A DNA stretch of 64,000 nucleotides, taken from NCBI GenBank assembly GCA_017999365.1, contig JAGNLW010000001.1, forward strand, positions 130,239 to 194,238, in the 5' to 3' direction. This DNA comes from Candidatus Aminicenantes bacterium. Lineage in GTDB: Bacteria > Acidobacteriota > Aminicenantia > Aminicenantales > Saccharicenantaceae. Below are positions 18,073-27,765 of the stretch, in pieces (within the stretch, counting starts at the first letter, position 1; every line of letters starts with the position of its first letter). The translations under genes were made by a program, and so were the position numbers. Below the pieces are notes generated by a model. It was not told the origin of the DNA. It saw only the letters and a program-made list of their open reading frames with translations, and ran no database searches.

Positions 18073-19293
18073 ATGCCTCTGAGAACGAGCGCCCTGAGAC
18101 GGTCCGCCGTCCTCCCGCTCCTGGCCGCCGCCGCGCTGACCGCCCTAACCGTCCTGTCCGCGACGGCCGCCGCCCAGACCGGCGGGCCCGAGAGCCTGGG
18201 CTTCAAGAAGCGGTTCTTCGTCGACCTCGTCAATCCCTCGCCCTTCGCCCTCGAGAACCAGGCCCTGGTCCTCGACGTCGCGGCCATCCGGGCCTCGGTC
18301 GCCCCCGACTTCAACACTTACTTCTACGCCCTGTTCGAGGCCAAGGGTGCCGAGCTGGCCCTGGTCGTGACCCAGGCCGACGACCTCGACAAGGACCGCT
18401 ACCACGACGAGATCGTCGTCGTCCGGACCCTGCCCGCCAACTCGACGACCCGCCTGGCCTGCTGGTACACGCCAGAGCGCAGCTTCCAGCTCTTCCCGGC
18501 CGACAAGGCCTTCGCCCGCGGCCCCTGGACTGGCAGCGACGCCGCGGCCGGCTGGGAATCGAACCTGTCCGCCTTCAAGCTCACGCGCGGCCGCGTCGGC
18601 CTCTACGGCAAGCTCCAGCCGGACCTCATATTGAAGAAGTTCCCCACGCTCGAGGCCAAGCCCGGTGACTGGGGCCAGGACCTCCTCGGCGCCGGCGACG
18701 GCCCCGGCCTCGGCGGACTGTCGCTCTGGGACGGCGAAAAGCGCCTGCCGCTCTACGGCCCCGCCGCCCCCGCGCCCAAGCTGACCGTCCTGGCCACGGG
18801 CCGCGTCCGGGCCCTGGTCAAGGCCGAGTACCCGCCCCTGGCCACGTCCCAAGGCGAGGTCGGACTGACCATCCTCTACTCGACCTTCGCCGACGCCCCG
18901 TACTCTCGGCAGGACGTCCTCCTGACGTCCAAGGGGACCGGCGCCATCGCCGTCGGCCCGGCCCTCGAGAACCTGCCCAACGCCGTCTGGACGGTCGACA
19001 AGGCCAAGGGCTACGCCACCGTCTGGGGCCGCGGCGCGGGCAAGGCCGGCGAGATCGGCCTGGCCGCCATCGCCCCGGCGGACTCGATCGCCGCCGTCGC
19101 CGAGACCGCGACCGACCGGGCCCTCCGGCTCGACGGCCGGGCCGGCCGCCGGCTGACCTATTGGGTCGCCGGGGCCTGGGAGCGCGGCACCGTCACCCCG
19201 CCGACGCCCGGGGCCAAGGGCTGGGCCGCCCGCGCCGGAGAGCTGGCCGCGCGCCTGCTCACCCCGGTCAAAGTGGAGTTCAAAACCAAATGA
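18073..19293 (+). CDS. Secreted protein, DUF4861-like (often found in uronate/pectin/GAG utilisation loci)
   Basis: RR-containing signal peptide. About 400 aa. Positioned between KDG genes and amino-sugar genes. The family assignment is from memory of family features and is uncertain. Confidence 0.55.
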   Translation: MPLRTSALRRSAVLPLLAAAALTALTVLSATAAAQTGGPESLGFKKRFFVDLVNPSPFALENQALVLDVAAIRASVAPDFNTYFYALFEAKGAELALVVTQADDLDKDRYHDEIVVVRTLPANSTTRLACWYTPERSFQLFPADKAFARGPWTGSDAAAGWESNLSAFKLTRGRVGLYGKLQPDLILKKFPTLEAKPGDWGQDLLGAGDGPGLGGLSLWDGEKRLPLYGPAAPAPKLTVLATGRVRALVKAEYPPLATSQGEVGLTILYSTFADAPYSRQDVLLTSKGTGAIAVGPALENLPNAVWTVDKAKGYATVWGRGAGKAGEIGLAAIAPADSIAAVAETATDRALRLDGRAGRRLTYWVAGAWERGTVTPPTPGAKGWAARAGELAARLLTPVKVEFKTK

Positions 19294-20681
19294 CGAACCG
19301 CCGCCGCGGCCCGGTGCCGCCCTGCGACCCGGCCTTCGAACCCATCGTCCTCGCCTGGCGCGACTACCTCGCCAAGGCCCGGTCCTCCAGGGCCCGGGCC
19401 CTCCGGCTGGCCGTCGAACGCGAGGACGGACTGGTCTCGGTCTTCGACGCCCCGGCCCCGCCTCCCGACGCCGATCCGGCCACCGCCTTCCGCCTCGTCG
19501 AGCGCGCAGCCAAGTTCCTGCTCTGGTCGCGCGGCGGCTGGCGCATCCATTATCTCGGGCCCGACGCCCTCGGACGGCGGCTCAAGGCCGAATACGCGCC
19601 CGACGGCCCGCGCGCCTTCGACGCCCGGGTCATGGGCGGCGTCTACGGCCGGCCGTTCGAAGTCGTCCTCCACAGCCCGGCGACCTTCCCGGAGCCCCGC
19701 GAGGCCCTGCACTTCCCCGGGGGCCACGTCCGCGGCTTCCGCATCGGCTTCGACCTCGGCGCCAGCGACTACAAGGTCGCCGCGGTCGTCGACGGCGAGC
19801 CGGTCTGGAGCGAGGAGATCCCCTGGTCGCCCTCGACCGAGCCCGATCCCGATTATCACTACCGCATGATCGACGAGGGCCTCCGCAGGGCCGCCGCCCA
19901 CCTCCCCCGCGTCGACGCCATCGGCGGCTCGTCGGCCGGCGTCATCATCGGCAACCAGGTCCGCATCGCCTCCCTGTTCCGGGCCGTGCCGGCGGACCTG
20001 TTCGAATCCAAGGTCCGCAACATCTTCGACCGCCTGGCCGCGGCCTGGGGCGTGCCCTTCGAGGTCATCAACGACGGCGAGGTCACGGCCCTGGCCGGGA
20101 TGCTGTCGATCGGCGAGCCCGGCGTCCTCGGCGTGGCCATGGGCTCGAGCGAGGCCGCCGGTTACCTCGACGCCGAGGGCCACATCCCGGGCTGGCTCGA
20201 CGAGCTGGCCTTCGCCCCCGTCGACCTCAGCCCGTCGGCCGTCGCCGACGAGTGGTCGGGCGACCGCGGCGTCGGGGCCAACTACTTCTCCCAGCAGGCC
20301 GTGAACAAGCTGGCCCTGGCGGCCGGCCTGTCCTTCCCCGCCGACATGAAGCTGCCTGAGCGGCTCAAGGAGGTCCAGGGGCTGGCCGAGCGCGGCAACA
20401 TCCCGGCCACGCGGGTCTTCGAGTCCATCGGCGTCTACCTCGGTTACACCGTCCCCTGGTACGAGGTCTTCTACGGTTTCCGCCACCTGCTCGTCCTGGG
20501 CCGGGTCCTGTCCGGGCCGGGCGGCGCCCTGATCGTCGAGCGGGCCGAAGAGGTCCTGCGGACCGAGTTCCCGGAGACGGCCGCCCGCGTCCGCCTCCAC
20601 CTGCTCGACGAGAAGAGCCGGCGCGTGGGCCAGGCCGTGGCCGCGGCCAGCCTGCCGGAGATCCAAGGAGCGAAACGATGA
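19290..20681 (+). CDS. ROK-family sugar kinase-like protein with ~150-aa N-terminal extension
   Basis: Start ATG 19290 overlaps the upstream stop (ATGA). It has GFDLGASDYKVAAV (ROK/ASKHA phosphate-1 motif) and FEVINDGEVTALAGM (ROK ENDANAAALGE-like motif). Confidence 0.6.
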   Translation: MTNRRRGPVPPCDPAFEPIVLAWRDYLAKARSSRARALRLAVEREDGLVSVFDAPAPPPDADPATAFRLVERAAKFLLWSRGGWRIHYLGPDALGRRLKAEYAPDGPRAFDARVMGGVYGRPFEVVLHSPATFPEPREALHFPGGHVRGFRIGFDLGASDYKVAAVVDGEPVWSEEIPWSPSTEPDPDYHYRMIDEGLRRAAAHLPRVDAIGGSSAGVIIGNQVRIASLFRAVPADLFESKVRNIFDRLAAAWGVPFEVINDGEVTALAGMLSIGEPGVLGVAMGSSEAAGYLDAEGHIPGWLDELAFAPVDLSPSAVADEWSGDRGVGANYFSQQAVNKLALAAGLSFPADMKLPERLKEVQGLAERGNIPATRVFESIGVYLGYTVPWYEVFYGFRHLLVLGRVLSGPGGALIVERAEEVLRTEFPETAARVRLHLLDEKSRRVGQAVAAASLPEIQGAKR

Positions 20682-21538
20682 AATTCACCAAGCCCGACGC
20701 CTCGGTCTTCGTCCCCGACGGCGCGGACCCCGAGACCGCTTTCCGCCGGGTCACCCACCTCGGCATCGGCGCCCACCAGGACGATCTCGAGATCATGGCC
20801 TTCCACGGCATCCAGAAGTGCTTCACCAGCCGCGAGCTCTGGTTCGGCGCCGTCACCTGCACGAACGGGGCCGGCTCGCCGCGGGCCGGTGAGTACGCCG
20901 ACTTCAGCGACGAGGACATGGCCGCGCTGCGGCGCCGCGAGCAGGAGAAGGCCGCCGTCCTCGGCAACTACGGCGTCCTCGTCCAGCTCAACCACACCAG
21001 CGCCGAGGTCAAGGACGTCGGCACGGGCCGCCTCCGGGCCGACCTCGTCAAGGCCCTGCGGCTGGCCCGCCCGGAGGTCGTCTACACCCACAACCCCGCC
21101 GACAAGCACGACACCCACCTGGCCGTCGTCTTCACGGCCATCGCGGCCCTGCGCGAGCTGGCCCCCGAGGAGCGCCCGACGACCGTCTACGGCTGCGAGG
21201 TCTGGCGCGGCCTCGACTGGATGGACGACGAGGACAAGGTCCCGCTCGACGTCGGCCGCCGCGAGGCCCTGTCGACGGGCCTCATCGGCGTCTACGACTC
21301 CCAGGTCGAGGGCGGCAAGCGGTACGACCTGGCCACGCCGGGCCGCCGGCGGGCCAACGCCAGCTACTTCCAGTCCCACCAGACCGACGCGGCCGAGCAG
21401 CTCTGGTTCGCCATGGACCTGACCCCGCTCGTCCGGGACGACACCCTCGACGTCGGCCGCTTCGTCCTGGGCCACGTCGACAAGTTCCGGGCCGGCGTCG
21501 AGAGCAAGATCAAGAAATTCGGAGTCCGGAAGCGCTGA
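20678..21538 (+). CDS. PIG-L/LmbE-family N-acetylglucosaminyl deacetylase
   Basis: GAHQDDLEIM matches the (A/P)HxDDE zinc-binding motif of PIG-L/LmbE. Start overlaps the upstream stop (ATGA). Confidence 0.8.
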   Translation: MKFTKPDASVFVPDGADPETAFRRVTHLGIGAHQDDLEIMAFHGIQKCFTSRELWFGAVTCTNGAGSPRAGEYADFSDEDMAALRRREQEKAAVLGNYGVLVQLNHTSAEVKDVGTGRLRADLVKALRLARPEVVYTHNPADKHDTHLAVVFTAIAALRELAPEERPTTVYGCEVWRGLDWMDDEDKVPLDVGRREALSTGLIGVYDSQVEGGKRYDLATPGRRRANASYFQSHQTDAAEQLWFAMDLTPLVRDDTLDVGRFVLGHVDKFRAGVESKIKKFGVRKR

Positions 21539-21567
21539 CCGCGCCCGGCCGCGAGGAGGAACCCCCC

Positions 21568-22350
21568 ATGGAGATCATCATCCAGCCCGACAGCCAGCAG
21601 GCCAGCCTGGTCGCGGCCCGCGTCGTCGCCCGGACCGTCCGGGAGAAGCCCCACGCCGTGCTCGGCCTGGCCACCGGCAACACCCCGCTCCAGCTCTACC
21701 GCAACCTCGTCCTCATGCACCACGAGTCGGGCCTCGACTTCAGCGGCGTGACCAGCTTCAACCTCGACGAATACGTCGGCGTCCCGCCGACCCATCCCTC
21801 GTCGTTCCACAGCTACATGTGGGCCCACCTGTTCAGCCACATCAACATGCCCAAGGAGCGCATCAACATCCCCGACGGGCTGACGGCCGACATCCCGGCC
21901 GCCTGCCGGAAATACGAGCAGGCCATCCGCTCGGCCGGCGGCATCGACATCCAGGTCCTGGGCATCGGGACCAACGGCCACATCGGCTTCAACGAGCCGT
22001 CCTCGTCGCTGTCGTCGCGGACGCGCATCAAGACCCTGACCGAGGAGACGCGCCTCGACGCCGCCTCGGCCTTCGGGGGCGAGGAAGGGGTGCCGACCCA
22101 CGTCCTGACCATGGGCCTGGGCACGATCATGGACGCCAAGATGTGCCTGCTCCTGGCCTTCGGCAAGAAGAAGGCCCGGGCCGTGGCCCGCACGGTCGAG
22201 GGCCCGGTCACGGCCATGGTGCCGGGCTCGGTCCTGCAGATGCACCCGCGGGCCGTCCTGGTCCTCGACAAGGAGGCCGCCTCCGAGCTGGAGATGGCCG
22301 ACTACTACCTCTGGGTCCAGGAGCATAAACCCGATTGGCAGAAGCACTGA
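21568..22350 (+). CDS. nagB: Glucosamine-6-phosphate deaminase
   Basis: 260 aa. Conserved NagB blocks (GLATGNTPL..., ...FNLDEYVG..., ...GIGTNGHIGFNEP..., ...THVLTMG...). Confidence 0.9.
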   Translation: MEIIIQPDSQQASLVAARVVARTVREKPHAVLGLATGNTPLQLYRNLVLMHHESGLDFSGVTSFNLDEYVGVPPTHPSSFHSYMWAHLFSHINMPKERINIPDGLTADIPAACRKYEQAIRSAGGIDIQVLGIGTNGHIGFNEPSSSLSSRTRIKTLTEETRLDAASAFGGEEGVPTHVLTMGLGTIMDAKMCLLLAFGKKKARAVARTVEGPVTAMVPGSVLQMHPRAVLVLDKEAASELEMADYYLWVQEHKPDWQKH

Positions 22351-22386
22351 GTTTGATATAGACTGAGGCCGGAAGGAGCCACACCC

Positions 22387-23253
22387 ATGACCCACCCCAT
22401 CAAGAACGTGCTCTGGGCCACGGACTTTTCCGCCGAGTCGAAGGAAGCCCTGGCCTACGCGAGCTTTTTCGCCAAGACCTTCAAGGCCAAGCTGACGGCC
22501 CTGCACGTCGTGCCCGATTTCGCGCCGGCCCTCTACGAGGCCTGGCCGGAGGCGCAGGCCGAGCTGGCCGGCAAGATCGAGGCCAGCAAGGTCAGCGCCA
22601 AGGCCCAGCTCGAGCACATGTGTGCGGCCCAGGGCGTCTGCGCCGACAAGATCGTGGTCACCGAGGGCTCGGCGGCCAAGGTCATCCTCAAGACCGCGCA
22701 GAAGGAAGGCGCCGGGCTCATCGTCGTCGGCCGCAAGGGCGTCTCGGGGCACGAGCAGAACCTCATCGGCAGCGTCACCCACCGCATCCTGCGCGGCGCC
22801 CGCGTGCCGGTCCTGGTGACCAAGGGCACGGACGGCAAGCTCGGCGACCTGACCAAGATCCTCGTGCCGACCGACTTCTCGAACGACGAGGACGTCGAGC
22901 GCGACCACGCCTGGAAGCTGGCCAAGGCCCTGGGCGCGAGCCTGACCTTCCTCTATGTCATGGAGCTCTTCGGCCACGACTTCCGGCTGACCGACGAGAT
23001 GTTCTCCTCGGTCCTGAAGAAGCTCCAGGCCCGCAAGAAACGCGAGCACAAGGCCGTCGAGATGCGCGAGGACGTCGTCAAGGCCGTGCACGGCTACGAG
23101 GGCATCATCGAGTACGCCGACAGCAAGGGCTTCGGGCTCGTGGTCATGTCGACGACGGTGCGCAAGCTGTCGCGGCTCTTCCTCGGCAGCACGACCGAGA
23201 AGGTCATCGCCCACAGCCGCGTGCCCGTCTTCGCCATCCCGCGCGAGAAGTGA
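22387..23253 (+). CDS. Universal stress protein (tandem UspA domains)
   Basis: Two UspA-like halves, each ending in the ATP-binding-type G-x2-G-x9-G(S/T) segment (...VVGRKGVSGHEQNLIGSVTHRIL...; ...VMSTTVRKLSRLFLGSTTEKVI...). Confidence 0.8.
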   Translation: MTHPIKNVLWATDFSAESKEALAYASFFAKTFKAKLTALHVVPDFAPALYEAWPEAQAELAGKIEASKVSAKAQLEHMCAAQGVCADKIVVTEGSAAKVILKTAQKEGAGLIVVGRKGVSGHEQNLIGSVTHRILRGARVPVLVTKGTDGKLGDLTKILVPTDFSNDEDVERDHAWKLAKALGASLTFLYVMELFGHDFRLTDEMFSSVLKKLQARKKREHKAVEMREDVVKAVHGYEGIIEYADSKGFGLVVMSTTVRKLSRLFLGSTTEKVIAHSRVPVFAIPREK

Positions 23254-23283
23254 AGTAGGGCCCTGAAGAAAGAATACCGGCCC

Positions 23284-23430
23284 ATGGCCCTGGGTTTCTG
23301 GGGCGTGGGCCTGCCGCTCATCCTGTTCGGGCTCCTGTTCTGCCGGACCGCCGCCCAGCGGGTCGCGGTCCTCGGGGCGGGGGCGCTCTTCCTCGCGGCC
23401 GGAGCGCTCATCGCCCGGGCCAGGGGATAG
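23284..23430 (+). CDS. Small (48-aa) two-helix hydrophobic protein immediately upstream of the SSS transporter (not in the ORF track)
   Basis: ATG 23284 ... TAG 23428-23430 gives MALGFWGVGLPLILFGLLFCRTAAQRVAVLGAGALFLAAGALIARARG. Small membrane proteins commonly precede solute:sodium symporters. The RBS is weak. Confidence 0.35.
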   Translation: MALGFWGVGLPLILFGLLFCRTAAQRVAVLGAGALFLAAGALIARARG

Positions 23431-23433
23431 CCG

Positions 23434-25218
23434 ATGACGCTCGCCGCGGTCGATTGGCTGTTCATCGGCTGGTACCTGGCCCTGTCGATCGGCATCGGGC
23501 TCTATTACTCCAAGCGGGCCGGCCGGAGCATCTCCGAGTATTTCCTGAGCGGCCGGACCCTGCCCTGGTGGCTGCTGGGGACGTCCATGGTGGCGACGTC
23601 CTTCTCCTCCGACACCCCGCTCGCCGTGACCGGCATCGTCGTCAAGGACGGCGTCGCCGGCAACTGGCTGTGGTGGAACTTCATGCTCGGCGGCGCCCTG
23701 ACCGTGCTCTTCTTCGCCCACCTGTGGCGGCGGGCCGAGGTCGTCACCGAGGTCGAGTTCATCGACCTGCGCTATTCGGGCCGGCCGGCCCGGTTCCTGC
23801 GCGGCTTCAAGGCCCTCTACCTCGGCCTGCCGGTCTCGGCCATCACCTTCGGCTGGGTCACGCTGGCCATGGTCAAGATCATCCAGGCCGTCTTCGGCAC
23901 GAGCGGCGTCACGGCCCTGGCCGTCTGCCTGGGGCTGACGGTCCTCTACACGACGATCAGCGGCCTGTGGGGCGTCGTGGCCACGGACATGCTGCTCTTC
24001 GGCGTGGCCATGGCCGGGTCGGTCATCCTGGCCGTGGTCTCGGTCGAGCAGGCCGGCGGCATCGGGGCCCTGGTCGAAGCGGTCCGGTCGATGGGCGCGG
24101 CGAACGGCAGGGACTACCTGTCGGTCTTCCCGCCGCTCGGGCGGGCCCTGCCGCTGGCCTTCTTCGTCGCTATCTTCGTCCAGTGGTGGTCTGTCTATTA
24201 CCCCGGGGCCGAGCCGGGCGGCGGCGGCTGGAGCGCCCAGCGCATGCTGGCGGCCAAGGACCCGCGCCACGCCGTCCAGGGCACGCTCTGGTTCACGGTG
24301 GCCAACTACGTCCTGCGGCCGTGGCCCTGGATCCTGACGGCCCTGGCGGCCATGGTCGTCTTCCCGGGGCTCACGGGCGCGGCGCCGGGCGAGATGGAGG
24401 CGGCCTACCCGCGGATGATCGGCTTCGTGCCGAAGGGCGTCGCGGGCATCATCGTCGCCTCGCTCTTCGCGGCCTTCATGTCGACGATCGAGTCCATCGT
24501 CAACCTGGCCGGCTCCTACCTTCTCAACGACTTCTACCGGCCGTTCGTCCGCCGGGGCGCGAGCGAGAGGCACTACGTCGCGGCCTCGCGGGTCATCGTC
24601 CTGGTCGTCTCGCTCCTCGGGGCCGGATTCGCCGTCGTCCTCGGCAGCGTCAAGATGGGCTGGCAGCTGGTCATGGAGCTGTCGGCGGGCATCGGCCTGG
24701 TCCTGCTCCTGCGCTGGTACTGGTGGCGGATCAGCGCCTGGTCGGAGATCGCGGCCCTGGGGGCCTCGGCGGCCACGGCCGTGTATCTGAAGATCGCGCC
24801 GGGCAATCCGCTCGTGCGCGGGGCCGGTCGGCTCCTCGAGGGCTGGGGATTCGCGCCCGACGCCTGGGGCGCCGGCATCCTGGTCATCGTGGCCGTGACG
24901 ACCGCGGCCTGGATCGCGGCCACGTTCCTGGCCCGGCCGGACGACGAGGCCAAGCTCCTGGCCTTCTACCGCAAGGTCCGGCCCGGCGGGGCCTGGGGAC
25001 CGATCGCCAGACTCGACGGGCGCCGCTACCGGCTGGGCGCGGCCCCGTTCGCGGGCTGGGCCCTGGCCGTGGCCATGACCCTGTGCCTGCTTCTCGGCGT
25101 CGGCCGGCTGGTCTTCGGGGACTGGGGACCGGGCGCGGCCTATCTCGGAGCGGGCGGCCTGGCGGCGTGGGCGCTGGCCAGGATCGTCGCCCGCATCGAT
25201 TGGGAGGGACAGCGATGA
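23434..25218 (+). CDS. Sodium:solute symporter (SSS) family transporter
   Basis: 594 aa, about 13-14 TM helices, with SSS family blocks (...GRTLPWWLLGTSMVATSFSSDTPLAVTG...). Confidence 0.85.
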   Translation: MTLAAVDWLFIGWYLALSIGIGLYYSKRAGRSISEYFLSGRTLPWWLLGTSMVATSFSSDTPLAVTGIVVKDGVAGNWLWWNFMLGGALTVLFFAHLWRRAEVVTEVEFIDLRYSGRPARFLRGFKALYLGLPVSAITFGWVTLAMVKIIQAVFGTSGVTALAVCLGLTVLYTTISGLWGVVATDMLLFGVAMAGSVILAVVSVEQAGGIGALVEAVRSMGAANGRDYLSVFPPLGRALPLAFFVAIFVQWWSVYYPGAEPGGGGWSAQRMLAAKDPRHAVQGTLWFTVANYVLRPWPWILTALAAMVVFPGLTGAAPGEMEAAYPRMIGFVPKGVAGIIVASLFAAFMSTIESIVNLAGSYLLNDFYRPFVRRGASERHYVAASRVIVLVVSLLGAGFAVVLGSVKMGWQLVMELSAGIGLVLLLRWYWWRISAWSEIAALGASAATAVYLKIAPGNPLVRGAGRLLEGWGFAPDAWGAGILVIVAVTTAAWIAATFLARPDDEAKLLAFYRKVRPGGAWGPIARLDGRRYRLGAAPFAGWALAVAMTLCLLLGVGRLVFGDWGPGAAYLGAGGLAAWALARIVARIDWEGQR

Positions 25219-27083
25219 GGAAAATGGGGACGTTTCTATTTATTTCTGTCATCTTTCTCCTGTTCCCCGGCTGCGGCCGGACGCCGGATGGGGCGAAGGC
25301 CGGCGCGGGCCGGAAGGCGGGCCAGACCGCAGGCGAGCGGGCGGGCGCGTCGAGCCCCGCCCTGTCCCCCGGCGTCGCGGCGTTCGGTTACCCGGTCGGC
25401 GGCGAGCCCTGGTATTTCGTCAGGGGCGGGCTCGCGCTCGCCGAGCTCCCGGAGGGGGCCGGCGCGGACGCGGCCTGGAGCGTCGACAGGGTCGTCGTCG
25501 ACGGCGAGCGGACGCGGGACTTCCTCGTCTACCAGGACGGCCGCGAGATCGACAAGCACGCGGTCAAAGCCGCGCGCGGGCGCGTCGCGTTCGAGGTCAA
25601 GGCCCGGCGCGTCTGGGCGCCGGGGGCCGAGTCGGAGATGACCGTCGACCTCGTCGAGCCCGTCTCGGGAGACATCCGCGTCGTCACGGCCAAGGGCACG
25701 GCGCCGGCCGGGCGCGGCTATTGGGACCCGGCCTGGAAGAACTACCTGGCCCTCGTCGTCTCGGAGGACCACGGCTTCGACCGCGCGGCCTATCCCGTCC
25801 ACGCCACGCTCGGCATCCTGGCCGATTACATCCGTTCGGCCGACGAAGTCCGGGTGGTGCGGGCGGAACGCCGCGAGGGCGGGGACATCGTCTACACCGA
25901 GGTCCCGAGCCAGGTCACCGATCTCGTCACCTGGAACGACCCGGCGGTCCTGGGGATCGAGGAGAAGGACGCCGCGACCGGAGCCAAGGTCGTCCGCTAC
26001 CATCCGACGACCTCGTTCGATGTGGCCTTCCTGGCCGACGTCGCGGCCCGCTCCAAGGTGACCTATCTCGTGTTCTACAACAATCCGGGCGCGGCCGCGC
26101 CCGCCTATCCGGCCGGACTGAGCGTGGCCAAGGGGAAAGGATTGGCACGGACGGTCGAGAACCCGTTCTACCGCATCACCCTGCATGAGGCCAGCGGCCA
26201 CATCTACGAGATCTTCGAGAAGGCGACCGGGACGACGCTCGAGCACAAGCTCGAGACGAACGGGGCCGTCCACTGGAACCCCGACGTCTACGCGCCGCCC
26301 CATGCCTGGTACCACAGCTCGGATTGGACGGCGCCCGAGGCGGTCGAGACGGCCGCCGGGCCGGTCTTCTACGCCGTCAACATCAAGGGCCAGCTGCCCC
26401 AGCCGGAAGGCATCGACATCGGCATCCGCTATCGCTTCTACGCCGGATCGCCCGCTGTGACCGTCGAGTCCGTGCTGACCGTAGGCAAGGACGCCTTCGT
26501 CATGGCCCTGCGCAACGCCGAGGTCGTCTTCAACAAGGCCGTCTTCACCAAGGCCGCGTTCAAGCGGGACGGCGAGACGGAGGTCCTCGACTTCGCCGTC
26601 TCCAAGCGGCACCCGGACCACGCCGTCGTCCTGCGGCCCGACACGCCCTGGGTCAGCTTCTACGACGAGGCCAAGGGCGTCGGCTTCGCCTCGCTCTACC
26701 TCGACATGGCCACGCCGAACCTCAACGGCGGCCAGGCCTCGCTCGAGCAGCCCTTCCTCTACATCCAGCACGGGCCGTGGTACTACGTGTCACGCGGCTT
26801 CGTCTATTCCTTCGCCACCAACAACCAGACCCGGATGCTGCCGGTCAAGGCGGGCAGCGTATATTACGACCGGAGCGCCTGGATCGCCTTCCCTTACCCG
26901 AAGGCGGAGGGCATCGGCCCGTTCCTCGACGCCCGATACAACGCCCTGAAGTTCCCGCTGGCCGTGAGCGAGGACATCGAGACCTTCAGGGAGAGCCCCG
27001 AGGGCTGGGTCGTGCCCATCCTGACCGAGCCCTTCGAGGAGGGCGTCAAGGGCGCCACCGGCGGCGCCGACCGCCGCAAATAG
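25215..27083 (+). CDS. Hypothetical lipoprotein (623 aa), translationally coupled to the SSS transporter
   Basis: Start ATG 25215 overlaps the SSS stop (ATGA), with a GGGAGGGA RBS. Lipoprotein signal MRKMGTFLFISVIFLLFPGCG. The track fuses it into artefactual ORF 23454..27083. Confidence 0.65.
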   Translation: MRKMGTFLFISVIFLLFPGCGRTPDGAKAGAGRKAGQTAGERAGASSPALSPGVAAFGYPVGGEPWYFVRGGLALAELPEGAGADAAWSVDRVVVDGERTRDFLVYQDGREIDKHAVKAARGRVAFEVKARRVWAPGAESEMTVDLVEPVSGDIRVVTAKGTAPAGRGYWDPAWKNYLALVVSEDHGFDRAAYPVHATLGILADYIRSADEVRVVRAERREGGDIVYTEVPSQVTDLVTWNDPAVLGIEEKDAATGAKVVRYHPTTSFDVAFLADVAARSKVTYLVFYNNPGAAAPAYPAGLSVAKGKGLARTVENPFYRITLHEASGHIYEIFEKATGTTLEHKLETNGAVHWNPDVYAPPHAWYHSSDWTAPEAVETAAGPVFYAVNIKGQLPQPEGIDIGIRYRFYAGSPAVTVESVLTVGKDAFVMALRNAEVVFNKAVFTKAAFKRDGETEVLDFAVSKRHPDHAVVLRPDTPWVSFYDEAKGVGFASLYLDMATPNLNGGQASLEQPFLYIQHGPWYYVSRGFVYSFATNNQTRMLPVKAGSVYYDRSAWIAFPYPKAEGIGPFLDARYNALKFPLAVSEDIETFRESPEGWVVPILTEPFEEGVKGATGGADRRK

Positions 27084-27158
27084 CCTCTCAGACGGTACCT
27101 GGCATTCACAAACGCCGGTTTCCCCCTGGTGATGTGAAGGCCTGGCACCAGACCGACA

Positions 27159-27187
27159 TTGACAAAAGGCGGGGGAATCGCTCTAAT
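27159..27187 (+). promoter_or_regulatory. Sigma-70-like promoter (TTGACA-17-TCTAAT) in front of the DsbD-alpha-like/selA/selD/selB operon
   Basis: TTGACA at 27159-27164, a 17-nt spacer, TCTAAT at 27182-27187. The first start codon is 6-9 nt downstream, implying a leaderless or very short leader mRNA. Confidence 0.4.
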
Positions 27188-27192
27188 GGCCG

Positions 27193-27765
27193 GTGATGCG
27201 CAACACCGCCGTTATCACCATCATCGCCCTCGCCGCCGCCCTCGGTCTCACGGCCGGCCCGGCCCTCGCCGCCCAGGAGGAGGGGCACGTCGTCGAGGTC
27301 AAGAGCCTCGTCTCCCGCGAAGCCGTCCGCCCCGGCGAGACCTTCCAGGCCGCCGTCCTCGTCACGGTCCAGGCGGGCTACCACATCAACGACAACGCCC
27401 CCGTCGACGAGTTCATGATCCCGACCGTCCTGACGGTCCTGGAGGCCCCGGACTTCGAGGTCCTCGAGACCTACTATCCCGTCGGCCGCCGGGCCCGTTT
27501 CTCCTACTCCGAGGTCGAACTCGTCGTCTACGAAGGGGAGACGGCCCTCGGCCTCCTGCTCAAGGCCAAGGACGGCATCGCGCCCGGCCCCCGGACCGTC
27601 AAGGTCTCCCTCGGCTACCAGGCCTGCGACGCCATGTCGTGCCTGCCGCCCAAGGAGCTGGCCTTCGAGATCGCCGTCCCCGTCGCGGCCGACGGCGCCG
27701 CGCCCGCCGCCGACGTCAAGCCCGAGGTCTTCAAAAAGCTCCGCTTCAAGTCCCTGAAAAAATGA
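27193..27765 (+). CDS. DsbD N-terminal (alpha) domain-like periplasmic thiol-disulfide protein
   Basis: Signal peptide. YHINDNAP and LGYQACDAMSCLPPKE closely resemble the E. coli DsbD-alpha cysteine pair region (..YQGCADAGFCYPPE..). Start at GTG 27193 or ATG 27196. Confidence 0.65.
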   Translation: MMRNTAVITIIALAAALGLTAGPALAAQEEGHVVEVKSLVSREAVRPGETFQAAVLVTVQAGYHINDNAPVDEFMIPTVLTVLEAPDFEVLETYYPVGRRARFSYSEVELVVYEGETALGLLLKAKDGIAPGPRTVKVSLGYQACDAMSCLPPKELAFEIAVPVAADGAAPAADVKPEVFKKLRFKSLKK

